A DNA stretch of 64,000 nucleotides from Bacteroidota bacterium. GTDB lineage: Bacteria > Bacteroidota > Bacteroidia > Cytophagales > UBA9547. Under the pieces are notes generated by a model, which saw only the letters and a list, made by a program, of their open reading frames with translations, had not been told where the DNA came from and made no database searches. The stretch spans positions 101,343 through 165,342 of the forward strand of contig JANRJY010000026.1 in assembly GCA_033763735.1 (NCBI GenBank). Direction: 5' to 3'. The translations under genes and the position numbers were made by a program. Positions 20,142 to 30,506 of the stretch are shown in pieces. Numbering within the stretch: the stretch's first letter is position 1; every line of letters begins with the position of its first letter.

Positions 20142-20896
20142 AGCTAAAAACTGTATTTCGATTTATTACCTCTTTTGCAATACTCAATTTTCAATTTGAG
20201 CGAACTATTTTTAAAATTATTCCAAGATACTTTTCATTAATGGTTGATTACTTAAAATTTATACGAAAGGGAACTAATGCTTCAATTAATTATGCTGAAA
20301 CTTCTATTTTACCAGAATTATTCGACAAAACAAGCACCACTCCAATAGAACCCATTTATTTTTACCAGAGTTCCTGGCTTGCTGAAATGCTTGCCAAAAC
20401 TAAACCAAAAATGCATTATGATGTTGGATCTTCGGTGAATGCACTAGGCGTTACTTCACAATTTGTACCAATTACCATGATTGATATTCGCCCACCTGAA
20501 GTGCAATTACCTGAATTACAATTCATTAAAGGTTCGATTATTGAATTGCCATTTGCAAACAATTCAATCGAAAGTTTATCATCGATTTGTGTAATAGAAC
20601 ATATAGGATTAGGTAGATATGGCGACCCGATTGACCCGTTTGGGAGCGAAAAAGCAGCAAAAGAATTATCAAGAGTATTGGCTGAAAAAGGCAATTTGTA
20701 CATTACAGTACCCGTTTTCAAAATCAATAAATTGTATTACAATGCACACAGAGCATTTACCAGACAAGGGGTATTGGATATTTTTAAAGGACTAACACTA
20801 GTTGAAGAGCGTTATCAATATGGTAATGCTACCTTTAGTAATTATGACCCTGATAAAGGTTTTGGAACGGGTTATTTTTATTTTACCAAAATATGA
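20138..20896 (+). CDS. Class I SAM-dependent methyltransferase (DUF268-like)
   Basis: The ATG at 20138 forms an ATGA overlap with the flippase stop (the track start of 20120 is also possible). Motifs HYDVGSS..., LPFANNSIESLSSICVIEHIGLGRYGD. Confidence 0.6.
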   Translation: MKLKTVFRFITSFAILNFQFERTIFKIIPRYFSLMVDYLKFIRKGTNASINYAETSILPELFDKTSTTPIEPIYFYQSSWLAEMLAKTKPKMHYDVGSSVNALGVTSQFVPITMIDIRPPEVQLPELQFIKGSIIELPFANNSIESLSSICVIEHIGLGRYGDPIDPFGSEKAAKELSRVLAEKGNLYITVPVFKINKLYYNAHRAFTRQGVLDIFKGLTLVEERYQYGNATFSNYDPDKGFGTGYFYFTKI

Positions 20897-21864
20897 ATAA
20901 TAGGAAAATTATAATTTACTGGAATGGTGGTGGAAGACTTGGAAATCAACTAATTACACATGCACATTTATTGGCTTTTATTTTAGAATATCCAAATCAA
21001 TTCCTATTGATAAATACTAAATTTTGGTATTTCAATGATTTGTTTCCGTTTAGTCATATTTACCCTAAACCAAATGCTGTCTATTTAAAAACACTTGATT
21101 TTCTTTTAAAAATTTGTCAATTATTCCCTCGTAAAATATTTAGATTTTTTACGGATATTATTAAAATGATAAGTTTTAAAAGGTCTAATATCAATATTAT
21201 TAAGATAAAAAATGATAATGACTCAATTAAACTAACGCCTAAAATATTTGAATCAGATAATACATTTTTAGAAGGATTTAGATTTAGAAACTGGAATTTA
21301 CTACATAAACATAAAAGTCAAATATTGGCTAAAATACAACCTAACCAAAAATTCAAATTGATTAGCACCAATTTTATTAACAAATTACACCTGAAATCTA
21401 ATTTTATCATTGGTGTGTACATCCGACAACAAGATTACAAGGTATGGCTAAATGGCAAATACCATTTTGAACTCACAACTTATATAAAGTGGATTAATGA
21501 ATGTGAAAAAGTATTTGAATCGGAAAATCCTTTATTTATTATTGTTGGTGATGATGCTGAAGTTTGTATTCAAGTAAAAAATGAAGTAAAAAATGTAGCA
21601 ATTTCAAATGGGGACCCACTAGGAAAGGAAAACTATGTCGTTAACATGATAAACTTATCCAAATGCAATTTAATTATTACGCCTCCAAGTACATTTTCAG
21701 GTTGGGCATCTTTTATGAATAACACCCCAATGATTATTCTTAAATCAGAAAACCAAATAATACAGAAAGAAGACATTGTTTATAACTCCATATTTGATTT
21801 GCATGCATTCGATGAGTTTACAGATGAAGTGTTTCAATCACAAAAAACTACTTTGATGCTATAA
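20893..21864 (+). CDS. Glycosyltransferase, GT11 (alpha-1,2-fucosyltransferase)-like
   Basis: N-terminal GGGRLGNQL resembles the GT11 GGLGNQ motif. C-terminal PPSTFSGWASFM resembles the GT11 S-TFSWWAA motif. ATGA overlap with the upstream gene. Confidence 0.5.
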   Translation: MNNRKIIIYWNGGGRLGNQLITHAHLLAFILEYPNQFLLINTKFWYFNDLFPFSHIYPKPNAVYLKTLDFLLKICQLFPRKIFRFFTDIIKMISFKRSNINIIKIKNDNDSIKLTPKIFESDNTFLEGFRFRNWNLLHKHKSQILAKIQPNQKFKLISTNFINKLHLKSNFIIGVYIRQQDYKVWLNGKYHFELTTYIKWINECEKVFESENPLFIIVGDDAEVCIQVKNEVKNVAISNGDPLGKENYVVNMINLSKCNLIITPPSTFSGWASFMNNTPMIILKSENQIIQKEDIVYNSIFDLHAFDEFTDEVFQSQKTTLML

Positions 21865-21865
21865 T

Positions 21866-22675
21866 ATGAGATCCATTCTTTCAATTATTTATGTGCTTTT
21901 AGATAAAGTATATTCCGCAATTCTTATTAGGAAAAGTCTATATAACTTCAATAAATTTTTTTATAAATTATTTCTTAAAGGCATGGGAATCAACAATTTC
22001 CAAAATGAATATATAAGCGGTGAAAAATATTATATCAAAAAATATATTAGTCCTCTTAACAGTCCAATTGTTTTTGACGTTGGTGCCAATGTAGGTGATT
22101 TTACGAGTTTAATATTGAAAAGCAACAACAGTTCAATTTGTTATTTGTTTGAACCTCACCCGGTTACTTTTAAAACTTTGGATGCTAAATTCAATCAAAG
22201 CAATGTATTTAAGTATAATATAGGAATGGGAAAACAAGCCGATACTTTACAAATATTTGATTATGAAGGTACTAATAATGAACATGCTTCCATGATTCAA
22301 GAAGTGATAACGCAATTTCATAAAGAATCCTCTATTTCTCATTCTGTTAAAATTACGACCATAGACGATTTTTGCACTGCCAACAATATCCAAAAAATTG
22401 ATTTGTTAAAGATTGATACTGAAGGATTTGAATACAATGTATTGCTAGGTGCAACCGAAATGCTAAACCAAAACAAAATTAAATTTATCCATTTCGAATT
22501 TAATGCTATGAATGTGTATGCCGGTGTATTTTTCAAGCGCTTTTATGACTTACTGAGTGCTAATTATTTGATATACAGACTGATGCCTGATGGGTTACTA
22601 CCCATTATTAAGTACGAACCTGTATTACATGAGATTTTTTCGTTTCAGAATATTTTGGCTGTTTCTAAAAAATAA
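21866..22675 (+). CDS. FkbM-family methyltransferase
   Basis: VFDVGANVGDFT and KIDTEGFEYNVLLGA motifs. 269 aa. Confidence 0.8.
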   Translation: MRSILSIIYVLLDKVYSAILIRKSLYNFNKFFYKLFLKGMGINNFQNEYISGEKYYIKKYISPLNSPIVFDVGANVGDFTSLILKSNNSSICYLFEPHPVTFKTLDAKFNQSNVFKYNIGMGKQADTLQIFDYEGTNNEHASMIQEVITQFHKESSISHSVKITTIDDFCTANNIQKIDLLKIDTEGFEYNVLLGATEMLNQNKIKFIHFEFNAMNVYAGVFFKRFYDLLSANYLIYRLMPDGLLPIIKYEPVLHEIFSFQNILAVSKK

Positions 22676-22677
22676 TT

Positions 22678-23136
22678 TCAAGATAAACCATTTTCATACC
22701 CCGAGTCAATAAGCAATTTCGGATTTTGAATACTTTTTACTGCCAGTTGATCGCATCGTTCGTTTTCAGCATGCCCTGCATGTCCTTTAATCCATTTGAA
22801 AGTGACTTTTTGTTTGCGATAAACTTTTAAAAATTGCATCCATAAGTCGGCATTGGCTTTGTCTTTGAAGTTTTTCTTTTCCCAACCCAATACCCATTTA
22901 TTATTTACAGCATTAACCACATAAGCAGAATCAGAAACCACCAATACATCCATCCCCTCCTTTGTTAATGCTTCAAGTCCTTTAATTACTGCCATTAATT
23001 CCATACGGTTGTTGGTAGTAAGCCGGAAGCCTTCACTCAACTCTTTTTCATGCTTTCCATAACGCAAAATGGCGCCATATCCACCCGGACCCGGGTTACC
23101 GGAACAAGCTCCATCAGTAAATAATTCTATTATCAC
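22678..23136 (-). CDS. rnhA: Ribonuclease HI
   Basis: LFTDGACSGNPGPGGYG, NNRMEL, SDSAYV and GHAGHAENERCDQLA motifs. Confidence 0.9.
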   Translation of the reverse strand: MIIELFTDGACSGNPGPGGYGAILRYGKHEKELSEGFRLTTNNRMELMAVIKGLEALTKEGMDVLVVSDSAYVVNAVNNKWVLGWEKKNFKDKANADLWMQFLKVYRKQKVTFKWIKGHAGHAENERCDQLAVKSIQNPKLLIDSGYENGLS

Positions 23137-23155
23137 AAAAATCCTCGATTGATTA

Positions 23156-24910
23156 TTACATGAAATGTTTTAAGGTTAGCACCTCCTTTTCAGTCAAATG
23201 CCTCCAATGCCCACGGGGTAGGTCTTTTTTAGTCAGGCCTGCATACATTACTCTATCGAGTTTAACTACATCGTATCCAACAGTTTCAAACAATCTGCGA
23301 ACTATCCTATTCCATCCAATATGGATTTCAATGCCTACATTTTGACGTGTTTCGTCCAATATTGCAATGCTATCTACCACTGCTTTTCCTTCATCTAAAT
23401 ACAATCCATCTAATATTTTTTGTGCATCTTCCGGACTAATTGGTCTGTTTAGCTCCACTGCATATATTTTCTTGATGTTGAATGATGGGTGCGTAAGTTT
23501 TTGAGTAAGCTCCCCATCGTTAGTCAACAATAGCAATCCTGTTGTATTTCTATCAAGCCTTCCAACCGGATATATGCGCTCTTTACAAGCATTTTTTACA
23601 AGTTCAAGTACGGTTTTACGTTCTTCTGGATCTTCTGTAGTAGTGATAAAATCTTTAGGTTTATTGAGCAATACATACATCATTTTCTCACGACTCAGTA
23701 TGCGTTTGCCATATTTAACCACATCTCCGGGCTGCACTTTATAACCCATTTCTGTTACTTTCTTTCCATTCACCGAAATATCTCCTGCAAAAATCAACTC
23801 ATCAGCTTCTCTTCTGGAACAAATTCCTGAATTAGCAATATATTTATTTAATCGGGTTTCAGTTTCTGCTATTTCGACGTCAGGATTAGGTGCTTTAAAA
23901 TTACGTCTTCGTGTACTTTCAGGTAATCTATCTTCCTTTAATTTGAAATATTTTCCCAAATAAGTATCCTCCCCACCTTTACTTTCATAAGGTTTTTTAG
24001 GTCCTCTTTCTTTACTTTTATAATCTCTTTTGAAAGATGTAAATGGTTTTTCTGGATCCGAATTTCTTAAAAAAGGTTTTTTATCAGATGTATCTTTTCT
24101 TTGGTAAGGTCGTTTTTCTCTCCCTTCGCCTCTATCGTCTTTATTAAATGTTTTTCTTGGTTTGTGGTCGCTTCCACTTTCTTCTCTTTTAGGGAAATCG
24201 CTTCGCGTGTTCCGGGTAAATGGTCGTTTTTCTCTCCCCTCACCTCTTTCGTCTTTATTAAATGTTCTTCTTGGTTTGTAGTCGCTTATGCCTTCTTCTC
24301 TTTTAGGGAAATCGCTTCGCGTGTTTCGGGTAAATGGTCGTTTTTCTCTCCCTTCGCCTTTATCGTCTTTATTAAATGTTCTTCTTGGTTTGTAATCGCT
24401 TCCACCTTCTTCTCTTTTTGGGAAATCGCTTCGCGTGTTTCGGGTAAATGGTCGTTTTTCTCTCCCTTCGCCTCTTTCGTCTTTATTAAATGTTCTTCTT
24501 GGTTCGTAATCGCTTCCGCCTTCTTCTCTTTTCGGAAAATCATTGCGCGTGTTTCGGGTATATGGTCGTTTTTCTCTCCCCTCGCCTCTATCGTCTTTAT
24601 TAAAAGTTCTTCTTGGTTTGTAATCGCTTCCGCCTTCAGATGACCTTCCTTTTCCGGAATTTCTTTCGTATGGTTTTTTGGAAAAAACTGAATCTCTGGA
24701 ACTTTCTGAACCAAAAGTTCTTTTTTTATATCCGCCATCTTTTGAAGGTCGGTCAGAGTTATCAGTATTTCTTGATTTATAAGGTTTTACATCACTATTT
24801 TTAGATGAACCTCCTTTACGGTCGCTTCTGAAAGGTCTTTCAGAGCCTTCTTTTTTGAATGCACCAGAGGGTCTGGCACTTTTACGCGGTTTGCTATTTC
24901 TACTATTCAT
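23156..24910 (-). CDS. rluB: 23S rRNA pseudouridine synthase (RluB/RsuA family) with a roughly 330-aa basic repeat-containing N-terminal extension
   Basis: S4 domain (RLNKYIANSGICSRREADELI) and catalytic region (YPVGRLDRNTTGLLLLTNDGEL) in the C-terminal 250 aa. The N-terminus is low-complexity, rich in R/K/E/G. Confidence 0.85.
   Translation of the reverse strand: MNSRNSKPRKSARPSGAFKKEGSERPFRSDRKGGSSKNSDVKPYKSRNTDNSDRPSKDGGYKKRTFGSESSRDSVFSKKPYERNSGKGRSSEGGSDYKPRRTFNKDDRGEGREKRPYTRNTRNDFPKREEGGSDYEPRRTFNKDERGEGREKRPFTRNTRSDFPKREEGGSDYKPRRTFNKDDKGEGREKRPFTRNTRSDFPKREEGISDYKPRRTFNKDERGEGREKRPFTRNTRSDFPKREESGSDHKPRKTFNKDDRGEGREKRPYQRKDTSDKKPFLRNSDPEKPFTSFKRDYKSKERGPKKPYESKGGEDTYLGKYFKLKEDRLPESTRRRNFKAPNPDVEIAETETRLNKYIANSGICSRREADELIFAGDISVNGKKVTEMGYKVQPGDVVKYGKRILSREKMMYVLLNKPKDFITTTEDPEERKTVLELVKNACKERIYPVGRLDRNTTGLLLLTNDGELTQKLTHPSFNIKKIYAVELNRPISPEDAQKILDGLYLDEGKAVVDSIAILDETRQNVGIEIHIGWNRIVRRLFETVGYDVVKLDRVMYAGLTKKDLPRGHWRHLTEKEVLTLKHFM
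24108..24650. repeat. In-frame 114-bp tandem repeat, about 4.7 copies, inside the rluB-like gene
   Basis: The string ggtcgtttttctc recurs at 24108, 24222, 24336, 24450 and 24564, exactly 114 nt apart. Each unit encodes 38 aa: GGSDYKPRRTFNKD[DE][RK]GEGREKRP[YF]TRNTR[NS]DFPKREE. Confidence 0.9.
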
Positions 24911-24951
24911 GGTTATTGCAGTATCACTACTGTATTTAAAGTTAAACTTAT

Positions 24952-25521
24952 TTATTCTTCGTTTGGAGCCGCTGTTCCAATTTCATTTTGATCTTGTATT
25001 ACATCCTTTGGTGTAGGCAAGTCACTTATGGAATTAATTCCAAAATAATCCATAAACTTGTCGGTAGTGCCATACAAAACCGGTTTTCCCGGTGTGTCTG
25101 CTTTACCTTTGATTTCGATCAACTCTTTTTCGAGCAATTTCTGTACCGCATAGTCACAATTGACTCCGCGAATTTGTTCTACGTTCCCTTTGGAAATGGG
25201 TTGTTTGTAAGCAATTATTGTGAGCGTTTCCATTGCTGTAGTACTTAACCTTTTTTTCGATTTTTGCTTCAAATATATGCCAATACTTGCCTGATAAGCT
25301 GCTTTAGTCAAAAAACGATAACCTCCACCAGTTTTATAAACACCAAATGGCAAATCATCATCTGCATATTTTTGTACTATATGATCAAGTAAAGATTTAA
25401 TTTTTTCAAGAGCTATTTCTGCTCCATACACTTCGTTTAGTGTATGTTGTAAGTCTAATTCTGTTACAGGATTAGTGGAACAAAAAATAATTGCCTCCAT
25501 ATGGAGTTGTAAAGGATCCAT
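24952..25521 (-). CDS. scpB: Segregation and condensation protein B
   Basis: 189 aa. ...EAIIF..., ETLTIIAYKQPISKGNVEQIRGV and KPVLYGTTDKFMDYFG motifs. Confidence 0.85.
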   Translation of the reverse strand: MDPLQLHMEAIIFCSTNPVTELDLQHTLNEVYGAEIALEKIKSLLDHIVQKYADDDLPFGVYKTGGGYRFLTKAAYQASIGIYLKQKSKKRLSTTAMETLTIIAYKQPISKGNVEQIRGVNCDYAVQKLLEKELIEIKGKADTPGKPVLYGTTDKFMDYFGINSISDLPTPKDVIQDQNEIGTAAPNEE

Positions 25522-25532
25522 TGTATTGCTAA

Positions 25533-25913
25533 TTAGCGTTTTGCCAATTTTGCTTCTATGGTATGCATAGTGTGAGGTACAGCGCGCAATCTTTCTTTTG
25601 GAATTAATTTACCGGTATCTACACATATACCGTAAGTACCGTTTTTGATACGAATAAGAGCAAGTTCCAATTGAGAAATGAATTTTTGTTGACGACCAAC
25701 TAATTGAGTTATATTTTCTTTTTCAGAAGTATCTGCCCCATCTTCAAGAAGCTTGGAAGTAGTGGTAGTTCCATCGGTTCCTTGATCATTTTTTCGAGTC
25801 ATCCCTTCTTTCATGTAGACGTACTCCTTACGAGCTTTATCTAATTTTTCATTAATAATTTGTTCAAATTCCTTTAATTCAACTTCAGAATAGCGTATTC
25901 TTTCTTCTGCCAT
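25533..25913 (-). CDS. DksA/TraR-family regulator (degenerate zinc finger)
   Basis: 126 aa with a coiled-coil N-terminus. C-terminal ...NGTYGICVDTGKLIPKERLRAVPH... is typical of Bacteroidota DksA-like proteins. Confidence 0.7.
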   Translation of the reverse strand: MAEERIRYSEVELKEFEQIINEKLDKARKEYVYMKEGMTRKNDQGTDGTTTTSKLLEDGADTSEKENITQLVGRQQKFISQLELALIRIKNGTYGICVDTGKLIPKERLRAVPHTMHTIEAKLAKR

Positions 25914-26043
25914 AACACCTAAATTTGCGCAAAGTTAATTTAATTTTATCGAAAATTAATTCACTTAAAAATAAAATAGTGAATTTATTTATATCTCAAT
26001 AAATAAATTCAAAAAACAATATCGGATTTTAATAAAAAACTAC

Positions 26044-26889
26044 TTATTTTATTAATCTCCATACCTCCAAAATACCAATTACAATTAAGCCAATTGTAAT
26101 CATTGAACCGATACTTATAGATATTGTAGTTAATAATTTGGGACTAGCAGGTTTATTATATTTAATAAAATTTTGTATAACCAACACTTCATTTAACAAT
26201 GAGAGTGCATTTTCAAAATTGGATTTCCTTTCTTGAAGAGACACTATGGAATTATTAATATCACTAGGTTCCATAACAATAAATTTTGAATCGATTGATT
26301 TTTTATAAGACTTTCCTATATCATTTCTTGTTGTATCAAGTTTTAATATTTCAGAGTTAATTTTTGAAATCATTGTTTGATAAAGATTTCTTTGCAATTC
26401 GACTTTTTTGCGAACAAATTCATTGTTTTGAATATAATAAATAATTCCTTTTTGAATCGAGTCCAAATATTTAGTTTCTTCAACCATTACTTCAATTTGA
26501 AAAGTATTTGTCAGTGTTTGACTTGAATTTTCAACTTTAAGTTCTTTCAATTCAACTTTAGTAGCTTGTATTTTGGCAATTGATTTAGCTTCTTCTTTAC
26601 TGATATGTAAATATGAAGCCAATTGGTCCGAATTATCTTCTTTAATCAATTCATTTAAATTATTAAATAGAATTGTAACATATTCATTTCGAAGCACTTC
26701 CGAGTTAGCAATTAATGTAGATTTATACAAAGGCGTGGCTATTGTGTAATAAAAAAAGCCTTCAGCAATGCCTAAAAAAACAAATAACAATAAAAGTTTA
26801 TATCGCCTTTTAAATAAATCAATTGCTTTCTTGAATAGTTCAAGTAAATCAATTTCATCTCTTTCAATTGTCTTATTCTCCTGACTCAT
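26044..26889 (-). CDS. Wzz-like (chain-length-determinant topology) membrane protein, tentative
   Basis: 281 aa. N-terminal EIDLLELFKK...RYKLLLLFVFLG TM, a long coiled-coil middle section and a C-terminal TM. Confidence 0.4.
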   Translation of the reverse strand: MSQENKTIERDEIDLLELFKKAIDLFKRRYKLLLLFVFLGIAEGFFYYTIATPLYKSTLIANSEVLRNEYVTILFNNLNELIKEDNSDQLASYLHISKEEAKSIAKIQATKVELKELKVENSSQTLTNTFQIEVMVEETKYLDSIQKGIIYYIQNNEFVRKKVELQRNLYQTMISKINSEILKLDTTRNDIGKSYKKSIDSKFIVMEPSDINNSIVSLQERKSNFENALSLLNEVLVIQNFIKYNKPASPKLLTTISISIGSMITIGLIVIGILEVWRLIK

Positions 26890-26916
26890 AATTGGTTTTA
26901 AAAATATTGTGCAAAC

Positions 26917-27687
26917 TTAATTGATTTCTTCTGAAACAAGTTGCGCATTCAAATAGTCACGATTCATTCGAGCAATATGAGTTAATGATATTTCCTTTGG
27001 GCATTCCGCAGAACAAGCGCCTGTGTTTGTGCATGCACCAAATCCTTCTTTATCCATTTGAGCTACCATTCTTTGAACTCTCTGATGCCTTTCTGCCTGT
27101 CCCTGAGGCAATAAAGCAAGTTGTGAAACCTTTGCAGAAACAAACAACATTGCCGATGAATTTTTACAAGCAGCTACACAAGCCCCACATCCGATACAAG
27201 CCGCACCCAAAAAAGCTTCGTCTGCATTTGTCTTTGGAATTGGAATTGCATTGGCATCAGGAGCTGCTCCGGTATTAATTGAAATATACCCCCCAGCTTG
27301 TTGAATTCTTTCAAAAGCCATTCTGTCAACAACCAAATCCTTAATTACAGGAAATGCTTTAGCTCTCCAAGGTTCTATAACAATAGTGTCTCCATCTTTA
27401 AAAGTCCGCATGTGCAGTTGACAAGTTGTAACACCTTTGAGTGGACCATGAGGACGTCCATTTATATACATACTACAAGTTCCGCATATTCCCTCTCTAC
27501 AGTCATGGTCAAAAGCCACAGGATCTTTTCCGGTTTTAATGAGTTGCTCATTTAAAACATCTATCATTTCCAAAAAAGACATATCTGCAATGATGTCTTC
27601 AATTTGATATGTTTCAAATGCGCCTTTGTCATTTGCATTTTTTTGGCGCCAAACTTTAAGAGTTAGTTTCATTTTATTTTCGCTCAT
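26917..27687 (-). CDS. sdhB: Succinate dehydrogenase/fumarate reductase iron-sulfur subunit
   Basis: 2Fe-2S motif [11 protein letters not shown] and Cys clusters [11 protein letters not shown] / [12 protein letters not shown]. Confidence 0.9.
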   Translation of the reverse strand: MSENKMKLTLKVWRQKNANDKGAFETYQIEDIIADMSFLEMIDVLNEQLIKTGKDPVAFDHDCREGICGTCSMYINGRPHGPLKGVTTCQLHMRTFKDGDTIVIEPWRAKAFPVIKDLVVDRMAFERIQQAGGYISINTGAAPDANAIPIPKTNADEAFLGAACIGCGACVAACKNSSAMLFVSAKVSQLALLPQGQAERHQRVQRMVAQMDKEGFGACTNTGACSAECPKEISLTHIARMNRDYLNAQLVSEEIN

Positions 27688-27719
27688 GATATGAATGTTC
27701 GAAATGATAATTAAATTTA

Positions 27720-29708
27720 TTATTTATATGAACGTTGACTTGGTTTTACAAATTCATAGTTCAATGCATCTTTGTGTAATTCTTGAGGTTGATTTTCACC
27801 TTTGTACTCCCAAGCAGACACATACATATAATTCTGGTCGTCTCTAAGTGCCTCACCTTCCGGTGTTTGAAATTCTTCTCTAAAATGTCCGCCACACGAT
27901 TCGTTTCTGCTCAGTGCATCACGCATCATGAGTTCACCAAGTTCTATAAAATCAGCCAATCTGCCTGCTTTTTCAAGGTTTTGGTTCAATTCTTCGTTTT
28001 TACCGGGCACTTTTACATTTTTCCAAAACTCTGCTTTTAATGCTTGAATTTTAGTGATTCCTTCTTCAAGTCCTTTAGAATTGCGACCCATGCCACAATG
28101 ATCCCACATTATTAATCCTAATTCACGTTGTAACTCGTGAATAGTAGCTTTACCATTAATTGAGAGCAATTTATTAATACCTTCTTTCACTTCTTTTTCA
28201 GCTTGCAAAAATTCAGGAGCATCATTTGGAATAGGCTTACGTTCCACACCTGCCAAGTAATCGCCAATTGTATACGGAATTACAAAATATCCATCTGCCA
28301 AACCCTGCATTAAAGCACTTGCACCCAATCGGTTAGCTCCATGATCGGAGAAATTGGCTTCACCCAATGCAAACAAACCAGGAATGGTTGTCATGAGGTT
28401 ATAATCAACCCAAAGTCCACCCATAGTATAGTGAACTGCTGGGTAAATTCGCATAGGCACTTTGTAAGGATTTTCGCCCGTAATTTGGGTATACATATCA
28501 AACAAGTTGCCATATTTTTCTTTGACAACTTCCGCACCTAATTCATATATTTTATCGGCTGAAGCATTAGTCAAGCCTAATTTATTTGCCTCAATTTTAC
28601 CATATCGATTAATTGCATCGGCATAATCCAAGTATACTGCTAATTTAGATGCTCCAACACCATATCCTGCGTCACATCTTTCTTTGGCCGCCCTTGAGGC
28701 AATATCGCGAGGAACTAAATTTCCAAATGCAGGGTATCTGCGTTCCAAATAATAATCTCTTTCATCTTCCGGAATTTCATTAGCAGGGCGATTGTCGCCT
28801 TGTTTTTTGGGAGCCCATATTCTACCATCGTTTCTTAATGACTCTGACATTAAAGTCAATTTCGACTGATGATCCCCTGATACAGGTATACAAGTTGGGT
28901 GAATTTGAGTGTAGCAAGGATTTCCAAAAAATGCACCTTTTTTGTGTGCCCTCCAAATTGCTGATGTATTTGAACCTCTGGCATAAGTAGTTAAGTAAAA
29001 AACATTTCCATAACCTCCAGTACAAAGCAATACAGCATGAGCGCTGTGTCTTTCTATTTCACCTGTAACCATATCACGCACAATCACTCCCCTTGCCTGT
29101 CCATCAATTTGTACAATATCAAGCACTTCGTGACGAGTATAAGATTTAATACCACCAGCATTGATCATTTTATTCATAGCACTGTATGCACCTAATAAAA
29201 GTTGTTGCCCTGTTTGACCTTTTGCATAAAAAGTTCTGGAAACTTGTGCGCCACCAAATGAACGATTGTCTAACAAACCGCCATATTCACGGGCAAAAGG
29301 CACCCCTTGAGCAACACATTGGTCAATAATATTTACTGATACTTCTGCTAAACGATAAACATTTGCTTCTCTTGCTCTATAATCACCGCCTTTTATTGTG
29401 TCATAAAACAAACGATACACACTGTCACCATCATTTCTATAATTTTTTGCTGCATTTATACCTCCTTGAGCAGCAATTGAGTGCGCTCTGCGTGGGCTAT
29501 CTTGAAAACAAAAAGTTTTTACATTATAACCTAGTTCAGCGAGTGAGGCAGCTGCAGAAGCTCCAGCCAAACCTGTACCTACGACAATAATATCATATTT
29601 TCTTTTGTTAGCAGGATTTACAAGTTTCATATTGAACTTATGACTTGTCCATTTGTCTTCTAAAGGTCCTGCAGGAATTTTTGAATTGAGTGTTGCCATG
29701 CTACACAA
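27720..29708 (-). CDS. sdhA: Succinate dehydrogenase/fumarate reductase flavoprotein subunit
   Basis: [19 protein letters not shown] fold, [11 protein letters not shown] and HYTMGG motifs. The start may be the second Met, at 29699. Confidence 0.9.
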   Translation of the reverse strand: MCSMATLNSKIPAGPLEDKWTSHKFNMKLVNPANKRKYDIIVVGTGLAGASAAASLAELGYNVKTFCFQDSPRRAHSIAAQGGINAAKNYRNDGDSVYRLFYDTIKGGDYRAREANVYRLAEVSVNIIDQCVAQGVPFAREYGGLLDNRSFGGAQVSRTFYAKGQTGQQLLLGAYSAMNKMINAGGIKSYTRHEVLDIVQIDGQARGVIVRDMVTGEIERHSAHAVLLCTGGYGNVFYLTTYARGSNTSAIWRAHKKGAFFGNPCYTQIHPTCIPVSGDHQSKLTLMSESLRNDGRIWAPKKQGDNRPANEIPEDERDYYLERRYPAFGNLVPRDIASRAAKERCDAGYGVGASKLAVYLDYADAINRYGKIEANKLGLTNASADKIYELGAEVVKEKYGNLFDMYTQITGENPYKVPMRIYPAVHYTMGGLWVDYNLMTTIPGLFALGEANFSDHGANRLGASALMQGLADGYFVIPYTIGDYLAGVERKPIPNDAPEFLQAEKEVKEGINKLLSINGKATIHELQRELGLIMWDHCGMGRNSKGLEEGITKIQALKAEFWKNVKVPGKNEELNQNLEKAGRLADFIELGELMMRDALSRNESCGGHFREEFQTPEGEALRDDQNYMYVSAWEYKGENQPQELHKDALNYEFVKPSQRSYK

Positions 29709-29720
29709 AAATTATTTACG

Positions 29721-30386
29721 TTATTGAATGATTTTGAAATACATAACTATAGGCATTAAAGCGAATAGAGTTGGTACCACAATTGAAAATGCTTTACCAG
29801 TAAACTTAATTAATGGAGAATATTTTGCATGATTAAATCCTAAACTTTGAAATGCCGATTGAAAACCGTGCAATAGATGATATCCTAAAGAAAACTGTGC
29901 TAGCACATATACAACAACAACTAATGGATTTTCGAAAACTTCTTTCATTTCATCAAATAAAGTTTCTTCTCCACTAGTTATATGATCGGTAAACCGGCTT
30001 ACTACCCAAAAATGTTTTAAATGAATGATTAAAAAAATCAATAAAAGTGTTCCTAACAAAGCCATTGACCTAGAATACCAAGTACTTTGATTTTTAATCA
30101 CAGAGTATGCAATTGGTCGCGCTTTTTTATTTTCAAAATACAACATTAAAGTCTGTACAATATGCGTTATTAATCCTAAAAACAACACAATTTCCATTGT
30201 TCTAATAATCCAGTTGGTACCCATAAATTCAGCTCCCATGTTAAATAAGTAGCCACCGTCATTAAAGAAAATCAAAGAGTTGATACCGCAATGCACCACC
30301 AAAAAAGAGCATAAAAATAATCCGGTAATACCTACTACGTATTTTTTACCAAGTGAACTTGTAAATGCTGAACTAGCCCAGGACAT
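29721..30386 (-). CDS. sdhC: Succinate dehydrogenase cytochrome b subunit (b558 family)
   Basis: 221 aa with five hydrophobic helices and conserved His residues. First gene of the sdhCAB order. Confidence 0.8.
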   Translation of the reverse strand: MSWASSAFTSSLGKKYVVGITGLFLCSFLVVHCGINSLIFFNDGGYLFNMGAEFMGTNWIIRTMEIVLFLGLITHIVQTLMLYFENKKARPIAYSVIKNQSTWYSRSMALLGTLLLIFLIIHLKHFWVVSRFTDHITSGEETLFDEMKEVFENPLVVVVYVLAQFSLGYHLLHGFQSAFQSLGFNHAKYSPLIKFTGKAFSIVVPTLFALMPIVMYFKIIQ

Positions 30387-30438
30387 ATTATATAATTTAG
30401 ATTATCAGGTTAATTTAATACAATCAATTCAAACCTTC

Positions 30439-30446
30439 CAAAATTA
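30439..30446 (-). promoter_or_regulatory. Candidate -7 box (TAatTTTG on the minus strand) for sdhCAB
   Basis: The plus-strand string caaaatta is the reverse complement of TAATTTTG. It lies about 53 nt upstream of the sdhC start. Confidence 0.3.
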
Positions 30447-30506
30447 TATGCATTGCATGTATTATTCAATGAAATAGAATAGTTTAAATCCAATCTAAAT
30501 AACAGA

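Noticed and set aside
24101-24738. 180-aa plus-strand and 150-aa minus-strand ORFs in the rluB repeat region
   Set aside because: Both are alternative-frame readings of the 114-bp tandem repeat. Their periodic sequences simply mirror the repeat, and the frame with the S4/pseudouridine synthase continuation is the real one.
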